Below, piece by piece: positions 11,561 to 23,864 of a stretch of 58,711 nt of DNA. Numbering within the stretch: position 1 is the stretch's first letter; the number at the start of each line of letters is the position of its first letter. The translations under genes were made by a program, and so were the position numbers. A model generated the notes under the pieces. It made no database searches and was not told where the DNA came from. It saw only the letters and a list, made by a program, of their open reading frames with translations. This stretch comes from Craspedostauros australis (taxonomy: Eukaryota): the NCBI GenBank assembly GCA_030167865.1, contig JALAGF010002752.1, positions 1 through 58,711 of the forward strand, written 5' to 3'.

Positions 11561-12111
11561 TGGGTCCTTGGTCGGCATGGGTTGACGAGTGCGATCATGA
11601 GATGGAAACAGCGGCGAATGCAGTAACGAACGAACGTAGTAAGAAGAGTATCGTTTTTATTGTTACCCATCACTAAATACGAAGAGGAACATCAACCTCA
11701 TAAATTCGAGCGAACGGATCATTGCAACAGTGGCTGTGCACTGAAATGGTGATTGTGTGGCATCAGTACTAGGTATGAGTGTTCTGCACGCCATTGCGTG
11801 TTACCACAATTCTGATGACATTTCGAAAGCACGCTGAGCCTCACAAACGATACAGAACTGTCCCAACAGAAGATGATCTAAAATTCCGTCCACAAAAAGA
11901 CGGTGGCAACGTGTGTGTGTGTGTGTGTGGAAAAATGTTGTGATTAGATTCTACGAATTGGCTTCAGTTGATGTAAGGTGGGGTGAGGGAGGACTACATT
12001 GGTCGAGTCGTCGGTTGAGCAACAACAGCAGCAGGAAGCGCTGCGTTCGGTTTCATCTGATTGGGCCGGGCATTGCCCTGAGGCTCATACGGCGCGAAGT
12101 TCCGCAGAGAT

Positions 12112-12657
12112 TCAGTTGTCCTTCTCGGCGACGTCGAGCGTCCGCGTGATGCCCTCCTGCGCTTGCTTCTTGGGCGCCTGCAAGTAGAGCATGCCCTGTG
12201 AGATGGTGGCCGAGACCTTCTGGCAATCCACGGAAGGGCCGAATTCGAACCGTCTTGGGATGAAACGATTCGGGTTGTGGTTGTAGGTGTCGTCGTCGTC
12301 GGTGCGGCTGCTCTTGAGGTGAACGACGCACGAGGTGGAGGGCAGCTCGTTGACGGTGACGTTGAGATCCCGCCGGCTCATGCCTGGGACCTCGAGGGTG
12401 ATCTGGACCTGCTCCGGATCCTCCTTCATGTGCATGGCGGAGCGGAATTGGAAGCGGTCGTTGGTGCTGTTGAAGAAGTCCTCGGCATCGCGGAAGGGGT
12501 TGCCGAAGAAGCGGTCGTTGAAGAAGGCGGGGAAGTAGTCCTCCGCGTGGTCCGCTTCTTGGTGGTGCTTTGGCTGATGCATCTCGCTGATTTCTGGTGG
12601 TTCTTGGTTGTCTTGGTGGTTGCGTCTTGGTTTGAAGAAGTTGATGTTGATGGGCAT
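12112..12657 (-). CDS. Small heat shock protein (HSP20 / alpha-crystallin domain)
   Basis: ITLEVPGMSRRDLNVTV...RRFEFGPSVDCQKVSATISQGMLYLQAPK, C-terminal LDV (IxI-like), Phe-rich N-terminus; 181 aa. Confidence 0.9.
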   Translation of the reverse strand: MPININFFKPRRNHQDNQEPPEISEMHQPKHHQEADHAEDYFPAFFNDRFFGNPFRDAEDFFNSTNDRFQFRSAMHMKEDPEQVQITLEVPGMSRRDLNVTVNELPSTSCVVHLKSSRTDDDDTYNHNPNRFIPRRFEFGPSVDCQKVSATISQGMLYLQAPKKQAQEGITRTLDVAEKDN

Positions 12658-12725
12658 TTTTATGAGCTTTTCGTGGGACCTTTCGAGATTGACTGGTATT
12701 GAATGGCGTCAAGCAGTTGCGTGCT

Positions 12726-12770
12726 GTGTGTTGCCGTGTGTTGCCGTGTGTTGCCGTGTGTTGCCGTGTG
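12726..12770. repeat. 10-bp tandem repeat (GTGTGTTGCC) x4.5 upstream of HSP20
   Basis: Perfect copies directly visible. Confidence 0.9.
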
Positions 12771-12895
12771 CTGGCCGGTGCTGGGTGATACGTGATGCGT
12801 GTGGTGGAACTCTGGCCGATTGGGAGATGAAGGGTCGAGACGAACAGGCGAGGAGGCGAGAGGCGCAGAGAGAGAGAAAGAGAGAGAGGGTGGGT

Positions 12896-12910
12896 GTTCC
12901 AAGATTTTCG
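12896..12910 (-). promoter_or_regulatory. Possible imperfect heat-shock element upstream of HSP20
   Basis: Minus strand cGAAaaTCTtgGAAc (nGAAn spacing, middle unit degenerate), about 240 bp upstream of the ATG; also TTCaaGAA at 13417-13424. Confidence 0.3.
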
Positions 12911-13907
12911 GTGCAGCGCAGCAGCGCCTTGTCGTGGTTCTTCCCCGTTGCCGACAAGAGCACCCTGTGCCTTGTTGACACCAAACACAGAGCGTGCCCA
13001 ATCATGCGTCGTTCCTGTTCCTGTTGTGGTGGTGGCGTTGACACTGCTGTTGGGTCTCCCCGGTTCGTGCGCAGCGGTTCCGTGTTGTTGCAGTTGACGT
13101 ACGAGGATGGACGACTCGATTCCTTGACAAGCATTTTAGCCGTGACCAATCGTACCCAAACGCAACGTCGACGATCGACATTGGTGGCCGCCAGTTTTGG
13201 AACTGCAACGGACGTTGCGCGTCCATTTCTGCCCTGTCTCTGTCGTCATGATTCTCTCCGAACATCTTCGAAAGAAGAAGACGACCGCTTTTCGCGTCAT
13301 CAAACACAGTTTCGTGCCTTGGCCGGTGTTCTCGTTGGGTCAAGATTCGTTTCTCTTCGCCTTCGAGCACGTGATTCCTGACCATTCGTCATGATTGCGA
13401 AAGTCGCCACACCATTTTCAAGAATTTGCGGTTTGCGTGTTCTGTTTTGTACCGCCTGCTCCAAGCGAAATTGCAAACGTCCCACGAATCAACAGCATTT
13501 GTGCAAAGTCGAAGCATGAATGAATGTCGGGACTCGAGTTTATCCGAGAATCGGGACTGGGTGATGTACAGACATAAAATAGTACAATTAATACAGCAAG
13601 AAAGGCTGGAATGAGACACAAAGGCCTGTCCGTCTTTCATACGTCCGTGTAGGATGTCGACTCCATGGACTCAAGAAGCGGGTTTCGTGGATCTGGAAGA
13701 TCCTTCGCCACAACACACACAAGAGCGCAACCGAACAACAGAGGCTGAGAAGAGAGCATACGACTGGTCGCACCCACAACCATCGCAGTCACCAGGTCTA
13801 CTATCCGTATGACCATCGCACATTCATTGATTCATTGACGCACCCGTCGATTCATCAACCACGACGAACAAGCAAGCAACAGAGGAGAAGAGGATTGTTG
13901 CAGAACC

Positions 13908-16900
13908 ATGGCTTCGAATTGGCACAAGAAGAAGGCCAAGCAGGCCGAGTTCCAGTTCGAGAAGGATCTGCAGGACCGCAGGGATGAGGAGATCGATGTC
14001 TCCGTGCTGGTGAAAGACACGGCCATGGGCGGAGGCGACGAGCAGGTGTTTGAGAAGAAGATGACCAAGGAGGAGAAGAAGGCGCTGGCCAAGGCCAAGC
14101 GCGAAGCCAAGCGCAAGGCCAAAGGAAAGGACAAGGGCAAGGGCAAAGGGAAGGACGGCGAGGAGGAGACCAAATCCGCAGTCGCCGTTCTGGCAGCGGC
14201 CAAGGACACGTTGGAGAGCGGCGGCAAGTCGGGAACCGGCGATGATGGCATCGATCATGACAAGGCGGACCAGCTTGCTTCCGAGGGCACCATCTGCACG
14301 TTCGCCACCAGCCGCAAGGGAGTGGACGCGCGCAGCCGCGACGTCAACGTCACCAACTTCTCCTTGCAGCACATGGGCGCCGTGCTGCTGGATGAATGCG
14401 AGGTCGTTCTCAACCACGGCAATCGCTACGGTCTCATCGGCCGCAACGGATGCGGAAAGTCGACCCTGCTCAAGGCCTTGGGCGCCAGGGCCATTCCCAT
14501 CCCAAATTCCATCGACATATTCTTCTTGAGCGAAGAAATGGAACCCTCCGACATCACCGCCATAGATGCCGTCATGTCCGTCGACGACGAACGTCTCAAG
14601 CTGGAGCAACAGGCCGAGGATCTCAACAGCATGCTTGCCATCGCCGCGGAGGATCCGGACTCTCTGCAAAGCGGGGAGGAGGACGACGTCAAAACATCGG
14701 ACGAATTGTCGGAGGAGATTATGGATGCGCTCAATGCCGTGTACGAACGTCTGGATTTGCTGGATGCCAGCACTGCGGAAGTCCGTGCGCGGTCCATCTT
14801 GGCCGGCCTTGGTTTCACGCATGCCATGCAGTCCAAGGCGACCAAGGACTTCAGCGGTGGCTGGCGTATGCGAGTCTCGCTGGCCCGTGCTCTGTTCATC
14901 CAGCCGATCTGTCTCCTGCTCGATGAGCCGACGAATCACTTGGTGAGTGCAGAACATGTCAGAGTGGCATTCGTGCTGTACAGTACGCTGCTCTACTTAC
15001 GTGCGAACATGCCGTGTGACGAGAATGCTCTCGCCGCATTGGTGTTGACGCTGGCATTGGCGTTGCTATTCAAAGATGTTGCTCTCGTTTTTGTCATGCG
15101 AAATCAATACTACAGTACCAGGTGGATGAATAATAACGATGCCGCAACGAGCGTCAATGGTCACAGTTGGGGCGCTCGCCACTGCCACACTCTTGCATCG
15201 TCAATCCATTCCTCACACTCGCCCATTCTCTGAACTCCACACTCAACTTCTACGAACATGCACAACCGCACAACTGTACATCCCTCTCCCTCTACTCTAC
15301 TCGACTCGACTCTTTGTGTGTTTCACTCATGAAATTCATGACAGGACATGGAGGCAGTCATTTGGCTGGAGGACTACTTGAGTCGCTGGGACAAGATCCT
15401 CCTCTTGGTCAGCCACTCGCAGGATTTCTTGAACAATGTTTGCACGCACATGATCCACTTCACCAACAAGCGCAAGCTGGTGTACTACGATGGAAACTAC
15501 GATCAGTTCGTCAAGACGAAGTCCGAAAAGGAGGAGAATCAATGGAAGCAATACAAATGGGAGCAGGATCAGATCAAGTCCATGAAGGAATACATCGCAC
15601 GATTCGGTCACGGTACGGCCAAGAATGCCAAGCAGGCGCAGTCCAAAGAGAAGGTGCTGGCCAAGATGGTCCGTGCGGGTCTCACGGACAAGCCCGAAGA
15701 GGAGAAGCCGCTGAATTTCAACTTTGCCGATCCGGGACACCTGCCGCCACCCGTCCTGGCCTTCCACGATGTCAAATTTGGATATCCTGGCTGCGAGCCG
15801 CTGTACTCTGGAATCAACCTCGGAGTGGATTTAGATTCGCGCGTTGCCTTGGTGGGACCGAACGGTGCGGGTAAGACCACGCTGGTCAAGCTAATGGCAG
15901 GCGAGCTGCAACCCACGTTGGGTGACATTCGTCCGCACGGACACTTGAAGCTCGGGCGGTTCACGCAACACTTCGTGGACGTCTTGGATTTGGAGCAGAC
16001 GCCGCTGCAATTCTTCGAATCGCAATACCCCGAAGATCCACGCGATGACCAACGCAAGTACCTGGGCCGCTTCGGTGTGTCTGGAAAGATGCAGGTTCGC
16101 AAGATGAAGGAGCTCAGTGATGGACAGCTCAGTCGCGTGGTGTTCGCCAAGCTTGGTCGAGACGTTCCTCACATTCTGCTGCTGGATGAACCCACCAATC
16201 ACTTGGTAAGTGGTATTGAGACTGCTGTGAAAATGTGTCTGTGCGACGGATGAATTGTTGCGGGTGGTGCGTTTGGCTTGCGATTGGCTTGCGATTGTTC
16301 AATATCAATACCCTTTTATACATGGCATGGCATGACATCACATGCATGGTGGTCTATCAGGCACTCACGCTTACATACTCACACTTCACTCGATTGCTGC
16401 TCTCTCTTTCTCTTTCTCGCTTCGGATAATGCTGCTTGATTGTTGATCTTCCGATGATGCCATTGGGGTTTCCCACTTGACTGCAATGGACTGCAATGAA
16501 TCGCAATGGACTGACCTGGACTGCGCAACACAACAACAAATGACACCAACAGGACATGGAAAGTATCGATGCATTGGCCAAGGCAGTGAACGAATTCGAT
16601 GGTGGTATGGTGCTGGTTTCGCATGATATGCGGCTGATTTCGCAGGTGGCCAACGAGATCTGGATCTGCGACGACAAGACCATCACGAAGTACAAGGGCG
16701 ACATCCAGAACTTCAAGATGGACATGAGAGCGCAGATGGGCATCGGCGAGGAGGCCTCCAAGCTCCGTGGTGATGCGAGCGTGAAGGCCACAGACAAGCC
16801 AGCCAAGGCAAAGCCAGAACCCAAGAAGCAAGCCAAGCTGGAGGTCGTGGCGCCAAAGCCAGCACTCACGGAAATCAAGGAAGAGCCAAAGCCGACCCCA

Positions 16901-17107
16901 CCACCAGCGGAACCCAAGCCTGCCGTGACTCCGGAACCAGAGAAGCCACCGGCGGACGACTCCACGGCCACCACGAGCACATCGGCAACGACCACAGCTA
17001 GCAGCAGCACGGATTCGACGAAGAGCAGCGGTTTGGCTGGTGCTTTCGGCGGTTCTGGCCCGAAGAGGTACATCCCGCCACATCTGAGACGAAAGATGGC
17101 GAAGTAA
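13908..17107 (+). CDS. ABCF2: ABC-F family translation factor (ABCF2/ARB1-like); exons 13908-14942, 15345-16205, 16553-17107 (about 816 aa)
   Basis: Two NBDs and no TM domain: [27 protein letters not shown] and [24 protein letters not shown]. Linker [21 protein letters not shown] is typical of ABCF2. Confidence 0.95.
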
Positions 17108-17613
17108 ACACCACAATGTTCACCGAGAGTGTGGTCGAGTCCCACTCTGCTCAATTAGAGAGTGTCAGGCGTACTCGGAATTCGTTACTTTTAGGAAACA
17201 GACCATCGACTGAAACTGGCGCATGTGTGCCATAATAGTCCATGTTGCTGCATGGTACAATGCCATGCGTTGTGAAATGCATCACCCTCTGTCTTTTACT
17301 GCTGCGTTGCCAGCAATGGTCATGGCCAAGATGTACGGGCACCTACGAGCTATGCGGATACCATGCACCATGAACTCCAGGTAGAGTACTCTGATACATT
17401 GGCCTCGGTTGATTTCATGATGGAGATCCGGGAAAGCGCCGAAGCTGTTCGTCGCCCCAAGCCCTTCCGTCTCTTTCACTCTGACCGGTCCGGGTACGTG
17501 TAGAACAGTATCTCTGTCTGCCTTCGGCAGTCAACAGGCATGCTGCTCTTGTGGTAACACATTGCAGAGTACTCTGCTTGCGCACACGTCCAAGATGAAG
17601 ACAAAAGCAATCG

Positions 17614-18121
17614 TTACGACTGCTCCGAGGATGCCACCATCCGCTCGTAAGTGGATCCAACCGCCATTCCCACGCCTGTTGCGATGCTTGCCGATCTCCA
17701 TCCACCTCCGGAACGGAACATGATCATGCCGACAACCCCACCCGCGGCTGCGCCAACTACAGATTTGATCAGTCCTGCATGTGGAATGTACGAAAATCAA
17801 TAAGGTCAGTGACGTCGATGGCAAACGATCCAGCGGGTGGGCAGGTCGACGAGCAAGAAAGGATGGGTTGTGCACGCGTTAGATCCGCATTGTATTGAAT
17901 TGCATTGTATCGGAGCGACGCGAACCGAATCCGTCATCAGACAAGATCGTTGCTCCGATCATGTCCAATTAATATCTCCTCCATACATACTCGCATCACA
18001 AATCAGCGCAATACAGACGCCGTCATGTACACGTACCATTCTCGATGTGATCTTCAATGCCATCCGGGAGCTTCCACTTGGGAGCGTCGCTTGGTGGATC
18101 CTGCGGTGTTGAATCAGCCAT
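17614..18121 (-). CDS. MIC10: MICOS complex subunit Mic10-like; exons 18121-18037, 17774-17614 (81 aa)
   Basis: Spliced (gtacgt...tgcag, phase 1): MADSTPQDPPSDAPKWKLPDGIEDHIENGLIKSVVGAAAGGVVGMIMFRSGGGWRSASIATGVGMAVGSTYERMVASSEQS*. Two Gly-rich TM segments with a short basic loop. Confidence 0.85.
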
Positions 18122-18553
18122 CGTGGATGCACAAAATCTCTTTTCGTTTTTTTTTTTGTGTTTGGTTGCTTCGTGTTGTGTTGGCTGTCTCTTGCGTTTC
18201 TGCGCCATGATTTGTGGTGTTCGCTGTTTCGGTTTGGCGGTCGTTTTAAACCGATTATATATTTATCCGCAACTCCCATATCTGCGGGCGCTGAATCGAA
18301 AGCAAAAGAATTTCGCATCTTGACACGCAACAGAACAATGGTGACACAACACAAAAGCGATCCACCGTTCCATCACTGGAAGACACCACATGGGCTCATA
18401 AACTGCTCCAAACAGAAAAAAGGAAGAGGAAGACAAAGACAAAGACAAAGGCAAAGGACAAACCGCAAGGCACTCATTTCTGGAGAGGTGAAGGCAGGAG
18501 GGAGAGTGTAGAGGCAGTGGCAGAGCACAAATAGAGCAGAAGAGCTTCGCAAA

Positions 18554-21500
18554 ATGAGGAACAACTACTACGCCCGAGATTCGTGGCAACGGGGGCTGCC
18601 CGACAATGGGCGCTCCCATCGCGGACAACCATCCCGTCACCATGCCAACCGATCTCGTGATAACGGAGGCAACTTCGTTTCTGGACTGCCGCCAGGCTTT
18701 CACCACGATCACAACCAAGATCACAACCGTCATCCTGGGCAGCATTATGGGCATAATCGCAACCAGCATCGCAACCAGCATCGCAACCAATCGTCCAACG
18801 AGCATTACGGCAACAACGGACGTTACGGCGACAATGGCCACAACAACAACGGCCCCAGCAATCACTACAACAATAACCGTGACCATTACAATGGCCACCA
18901 ACAAGGCCACAACAACGTAAACAGCGATACCAACCAGAGAAATATCCATGGCAATCACAGCACCGGTGATGGCGAGAGGCGCGATCGCGTTCGATCTGAA
19001 CCACCTCAGCATGCCCCCCAAGATGTTGTGCAGCCTCCCGTTAAGATCAAACGCGAGGCCAACGATCCTCGGCCTCCCGAAACTACTTCCCTCGACCAGA
19101 GCACGAACAACAACAATGCGAACAGCAACAACAGCAACAACAGCAACAACAACAACAGCTATGACAACGACCCGCGAAACAAGACGATTGGTGGATTGAA
19201 GTTGGCAGAGTGGGATGAACTCTCACGCATCGATGCCATCAAGAAGTTCGATGAGCTCTCGCAAGACGACAAGTTGAATCTCCTCATTCCAACCGACTGC
19301 GTGTTGGCCGACGTGCCACCACAAATCTATCCCGCGGATTGGGATCAACGATGCCAACGAGCCGTGAAGGAAACATACGTGGACATACTGGACAAAGTAT
19401 CGATCGACGACCCCGAGCTGCCTGAATTCAGACGATTCCTGCAGATGCTGCCCCGATGCCCCACCATGACGATGGGATTCAACATCCCGGACATTTGTGA
19501 TCCCACCTATGAGAAATGGTGCGCCTGCCCATGCGGAACGACTCGCTTCTCGAAACGATGGCAATTCTATTTTCGCACGGAAGGATTCGTCGAAGACGAC
19601 AGACACAATGTGAAATGCACGTTCAAGGATGCCCGTCCTGCCGAATTGGTTGCGCATCTCAAAGCCCAGGCGTCGAACCATTCGTTCATTCATGAGATCA
19701 CATTGAAGTACTTGGAGCACCTCTACCAGAACCATTACGGTGAAAACATTCCGCATCTTGCCTTCTGCTTCCAGCATACAGAACAGCATGTCAAAGCTCT
19801 GAAGGCCAAGAACAGGCGCATCGATCAGCAGATGACGCAGCTCAAGGATATCGCAGACGAGGCCACAAAGAAGCTCCGGGGTATGGAAAGAATCGAAGCA
19901 GAAAAGGCGAGGCTGCAACAAATCAACTCCGATTTGCTCCGCAAGTCCAAAGAGAAGGACCTTCTCCTCAAGCAACTCGAGGAGGAGAAAAAGGAGGAGG
20001 AAGTCTTCATCAACGAGTTGCGAATGAAGGAGTGGAAGCAGCACTTCGACAACACCCTCACGGTCTTGCACAGCCTCCATGCCAAGAAAAACGGTACCTT
20101 CACGATCCATGTCGATCCTGACTTCGATGCCAATTCGCTCTTCAAGAAGTTTTACACTGAAAAGAGCAAGCATCCCCTGTTCGACCCAGACGTTGCTCCG
20201 GGCACCTTCTTTAAGCCGCTCAAGGTTGTGTACAGCGGTACGTATTGTGTTGGTCCAGACATGTACTTGTCTGCCTGCCGATTGCCCTGTCATGTCGTAT
20301 CATGCCATACTTGTACCTCAGGTCGTGCAAAGCGCGCAGTGGCTATCACAATAGCAACAGTAGTCACAGCGATAGCGGCGACAACCAGGCCACGTCATCT
20401 GGCATATGATCTCACGTTCCTCTCACTACTCCTGCCATTCACGACTTTTGCTCTTGTTGCACCACCATCCTCACGCAAACACACGCCTCGTGATGTCACG
20501 TCACATCACCTCACACCATCTCGTGTTACTCAATCAGTCGGCACTGACATAAAACTGTTGAGCAAGGTAAAGAAAGAACTTCAAGCGGTCGACGAAGGAG
20601 GCCCGACTCGGCAATTCTTCAGCACCTTATGGAAGACGTTGGGCGATGTAACCGTCAATATCTCTAAAGGCAAGGGAATCTCCAAGGAATTGAAGTTGTT
20701 CGAATCTTCCGATGTCGGTTGGTCGCCAACCACAGACGACAACATCGCCAATGCGTGTGGCATCAGGGACCCGTCGGATATGGACGCCATGCACCAGAAC
20801 AAGTGGGTGAAAAAGGCCATGACTTACTACCGAGCCATCGGCCGTTTGTTCGCTCTCTGTATGCTCTCCTGCAATCTTCTAAAAGATGAACCTGCTGGTG
20901 GAGGCAAGCAATCGGCCGGGTTGTCCATTCAGATGTCCACCGTACCCAAGCTCTTCCGCAATTGTAAGTGACCAACTGTGCATCGAATGTGCGAGTCTTG
21001 TGCGCAAGCGCGAATGGGTTGAGTCTGCGCATGAGTATGGCTTTGGGCATGACGAGATCATAGGTGCTCCGGAACTGCTGCCATGCGCTCTGGTCTCAAC
21101 ACGTGCTTGACGCAATCATCTGTTTGACTCTCTCTCTCACGCACATACATACACACACCATACATACACACGCACATACGTTCACATCCACATACACATC
21201 ACCGGCGTGCAGTCTTGTTTCGTGGAGTCAAGCCATCCAATCCGTCATACTCGACGCGCGATCTCATTCTGCATACGTTGGAGCTTCTTGTGGTTGAGAA
21301 AAATGACAACGATGAGGGCAGCTTACTATTCAGAAGGCTGGGCATCGACGAGGAAGAATGCAAGAATGAGAAGAAGGACAAATGGAAGGTGGCACGACAA
21401 ACGATCGAAGAGCTCTACATCGATGGTCGCAGCATTGCATTGACAGCGATACAGGACGGCTTGACATTGGGAGGTACGTGCGCTTTCATCGTAATTGCCA

Positions 21501-22192
21501 CCGTCGTCAATACTGTTGCTTTTTGTGGCGCATTGTTTGGGGTGCAACGAATATGAAATGGAGCGCGTTTGTTGTCGCACCATCAGATATGTATGTGAGA
21601 GCAAATGAGCAAGCTACTCCACACTGTTTACACTGTCCACCAACATCACCTAACGAGCATGCATCCTTTGCGAATCGCAGGCAACATTTCACCAAGCTTG
21701 TGCTTTCCGATGTTCTGCCCACCGAAGGTGCTGGACTCCTTGCTGTTTGCGCGTGATACGGTCACCATCGATGACTTCTTGGGTCCCAACAATGAGCATC
21801 TATTGCTCGAGGGCCGCGTGCCAGCCGACGGCGGGATGTACCGAATCCCTGACGAAGAGGCCGCCGCCTACGCGGAACGTGCGGAAAAGTTCATGCAGGT
21901 CTTCGCCACTCTACTACGATCCAAAAGCGAGACCGACAGCGCCTTCCTCTCTCGCTTCTTGCTCTACTGCACAGGGCAGACCTTTTTGCCTGATCTGAAC
22001 CATCACAGCAATTTCCGCATTCACGTCGAGATCACGAAAGAGAACAGAGACAGCGGCAGCCTTCCCACCGCGCACACCTGCACGCAGGACCTGCTGATTC
22101 CCTACAGCGCGTACGGTAACGATATCAAGGTATTGGAAGAGAAGCTGGACCTCGCCTTGGAGTACTCCATGTCGGCATGGAACATGGAATAA
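18554..22192 (+). CDS. HECT-domain E3 ubiquitin ligase; exons 18554-20237, 20538-20963, 21213-21473, 21681-22192 (about 960 aa)
   Basis: AVDEGGPTRQFF (HECT start), YYRAIGRLFAL, FLLYCTG, LPTAHTC (catalytic Cys), LEEKLDLALEY. All three GT-AG introns are phase-compatible. Confidence 0.88.
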
Positions 22193-22661
22193 AACATCGC
22201 GTATGGTACTGTCATGACATGGAGGACACGAGGCGGAAATAGACGCGAGGAATGCATGCTCCCTTGGAGGATTGATTACTCGTACCGATGCTTCCCGGCG
22301 AGCGGAATCTTGGTCCAAGCAAGAGGGGAATGATTCGGGAACGGATGATGACTTCCTGGAGGGCAGACATGCAATTGGCATTTGAGATCGACGGCTGTTG
22401 GTGTTGACGTGCAAGTTCATTTTTTATTGTTTTTATTTTCGTTCCTTTTTTGGTAATGCGTGTGGAAGCTCATGCAAGATTGCTGTTCCTGGTTGGCTGT
22501 TGTCTGTTGCGAATGCACTTGTCATGCACAGCATCGGACTGAAAAATAGCAGAGTATTTCGGAGCCGTGCATCTTTGGTTGCGCGTGTATGTTTTGGTGT
22601 GTGTTTGCTTTCCCCCGTCGTCGTTGCCAATGCAACAGTGTGATGGTCAGAATATTGCACG

Positions 22662-23864
22662 CTACTTGAGGACCACCATGACCGGAGTGGGTGTTTGGGT
22701 GGTAGCGTGTGTGTTGGTCATTTGATGCTGCTCTGGTGCCGGACACGTTTCCGGAGTTGATGTGGAGTCATTGCAATATGATTGTTGGTACCATTTGACG
22801 GTTCGTCGGATGCCCTCCTCGAAGGATACGGTGGACCTGTATCCCAGCAGCTTGCGTGCCTTGGAGACATCGGCGCATGTGTATGGGACATCACCTGGCT
22901 GGTCTGGTAATATCTGGATGACGGCCTTCTTGCCAACGTGCTTTTGGACGAGGTGGATGAATTCCTTGAGGGATGTGCCGGAGCCCTTGCCCAGGTTGAA
23001 GATCTGGTATGGATGCGGACGGTCGATGGATCGGACGACGCCGTCGACGATATCGTCGATGTAGGTGTAATCACGGCTGGAGGTGCCGTCACCGAACTGC
23101 TGCATCTGCACGCCGCGGCTGACGCGGTCGATGAATTTGAAGGGGGCCATGTCTGGGCGGCCGCGTGGTCCGTAGACCGTGAAGAAGCGGAGGCCGGTGA
23201 TGTTGAGGTTGTAGAGATGGTGGTAGGTGTACGCGAGAAGCTCACACGTCTTCTTGGATGCGGCGTATGGTGAGACTGGGTGGTCGACGGCTTCGTCTTC
23301 CGAGAAGAAGGTGGATTTGGATCCGCCGTAGACGGAGGAAGAGGAAGCGAAGACGAAGTTCTTGACGCCGAATTTGTGAGACAGCTCCATCAGCTGGGTT
23401 GTGCCGCGGATGTTGGAGTGGATGTAGACGAATGGATCCTGGATGGATGGGCGAACACCGGCGCGTGCGGCCATGTGGCACACCCATTCTGGTTGCTCCT
23501 TTTCGAAGAGGTTCGTGACAAACTGCGTGTCGCAGATGTCCCCTCTGTAAATGGCGACGCGGTCGGCGCCGTACTTGTTAAGGAGGAGCTTGAGGTTGGA
23601 TTCCTTGATGTTGAGATCATAATAATCATTTAGCTCATCGACGATGACGACATCGTCGCCGCGTGCGAGGAGGTAATCGGCAACATGGGAGCCGATGAAG
23701 CCGGCTCCTCCAGTGACGAGAACCTTCTTGTAGCCGACGTGTGGTTCGATTGGCTCCTGTTCAGTCCAGGAGCTGGACACCGATAATGTGTCGGAGTGAC
23801 GGTCGGTGCCCTCGATGGTGGAGACGGTCGCGTCGGAATCGGTGTTGTAGTCTTGCTTATTCAT
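22662..23864 (-). CDS. UDP-glucuronate 4-epimerase (extended SDR, GAE/CapI-like)
   Basis: VTGGAGFIG, HMAARAGVRPS, ASSSSVYG, SPYAASKK, LRFFTVYGPRGRPDMA, QPGDVPYTCAD. First in-frame ATG (MNKQDY) taken as start. Confidence 0.93.
   Translation of the reverse strand: MNKQDYNTDSDATVSTIEGTDRHSDTLSVSSSWTEQEPIEPHVGYKKVLVTGGAGFIGSHVADYLLARGDDVVIVDELNDYYDLNIKESNLKLLLNKYGADRVAIYRGDICDTQFVTNLFEKEQPEWVCHMAARAGVRPSIQDPFVYIHSNIRGTTQLMELSHKFGVKNFVFASSSSVYGGSKSTFFSEDEAVDHPVSPYAASKKTCELLAYTYHHLYNLNITGLRFFTVYGPRGRPDMAPFKFIDRVSRGVQMQQFGDGTSSRDYTYIDDIVDGVVRSIDRPHPYQIFNLGKGSGTSLKEFIHLVQKHVGKKAVIQILPDQPGDVPYTCADVSKARKLLGYRSTVSFEEGIRRTVKWYQQSYCNDSTSTPETCPAPEQHQMTNTHATTQTPTPVMVVLK

Noticed and set aside
14943-16552. 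Introner-type mobile introns
   Set aside because: No visible similarity or terminal repeats shared between introns in the window.
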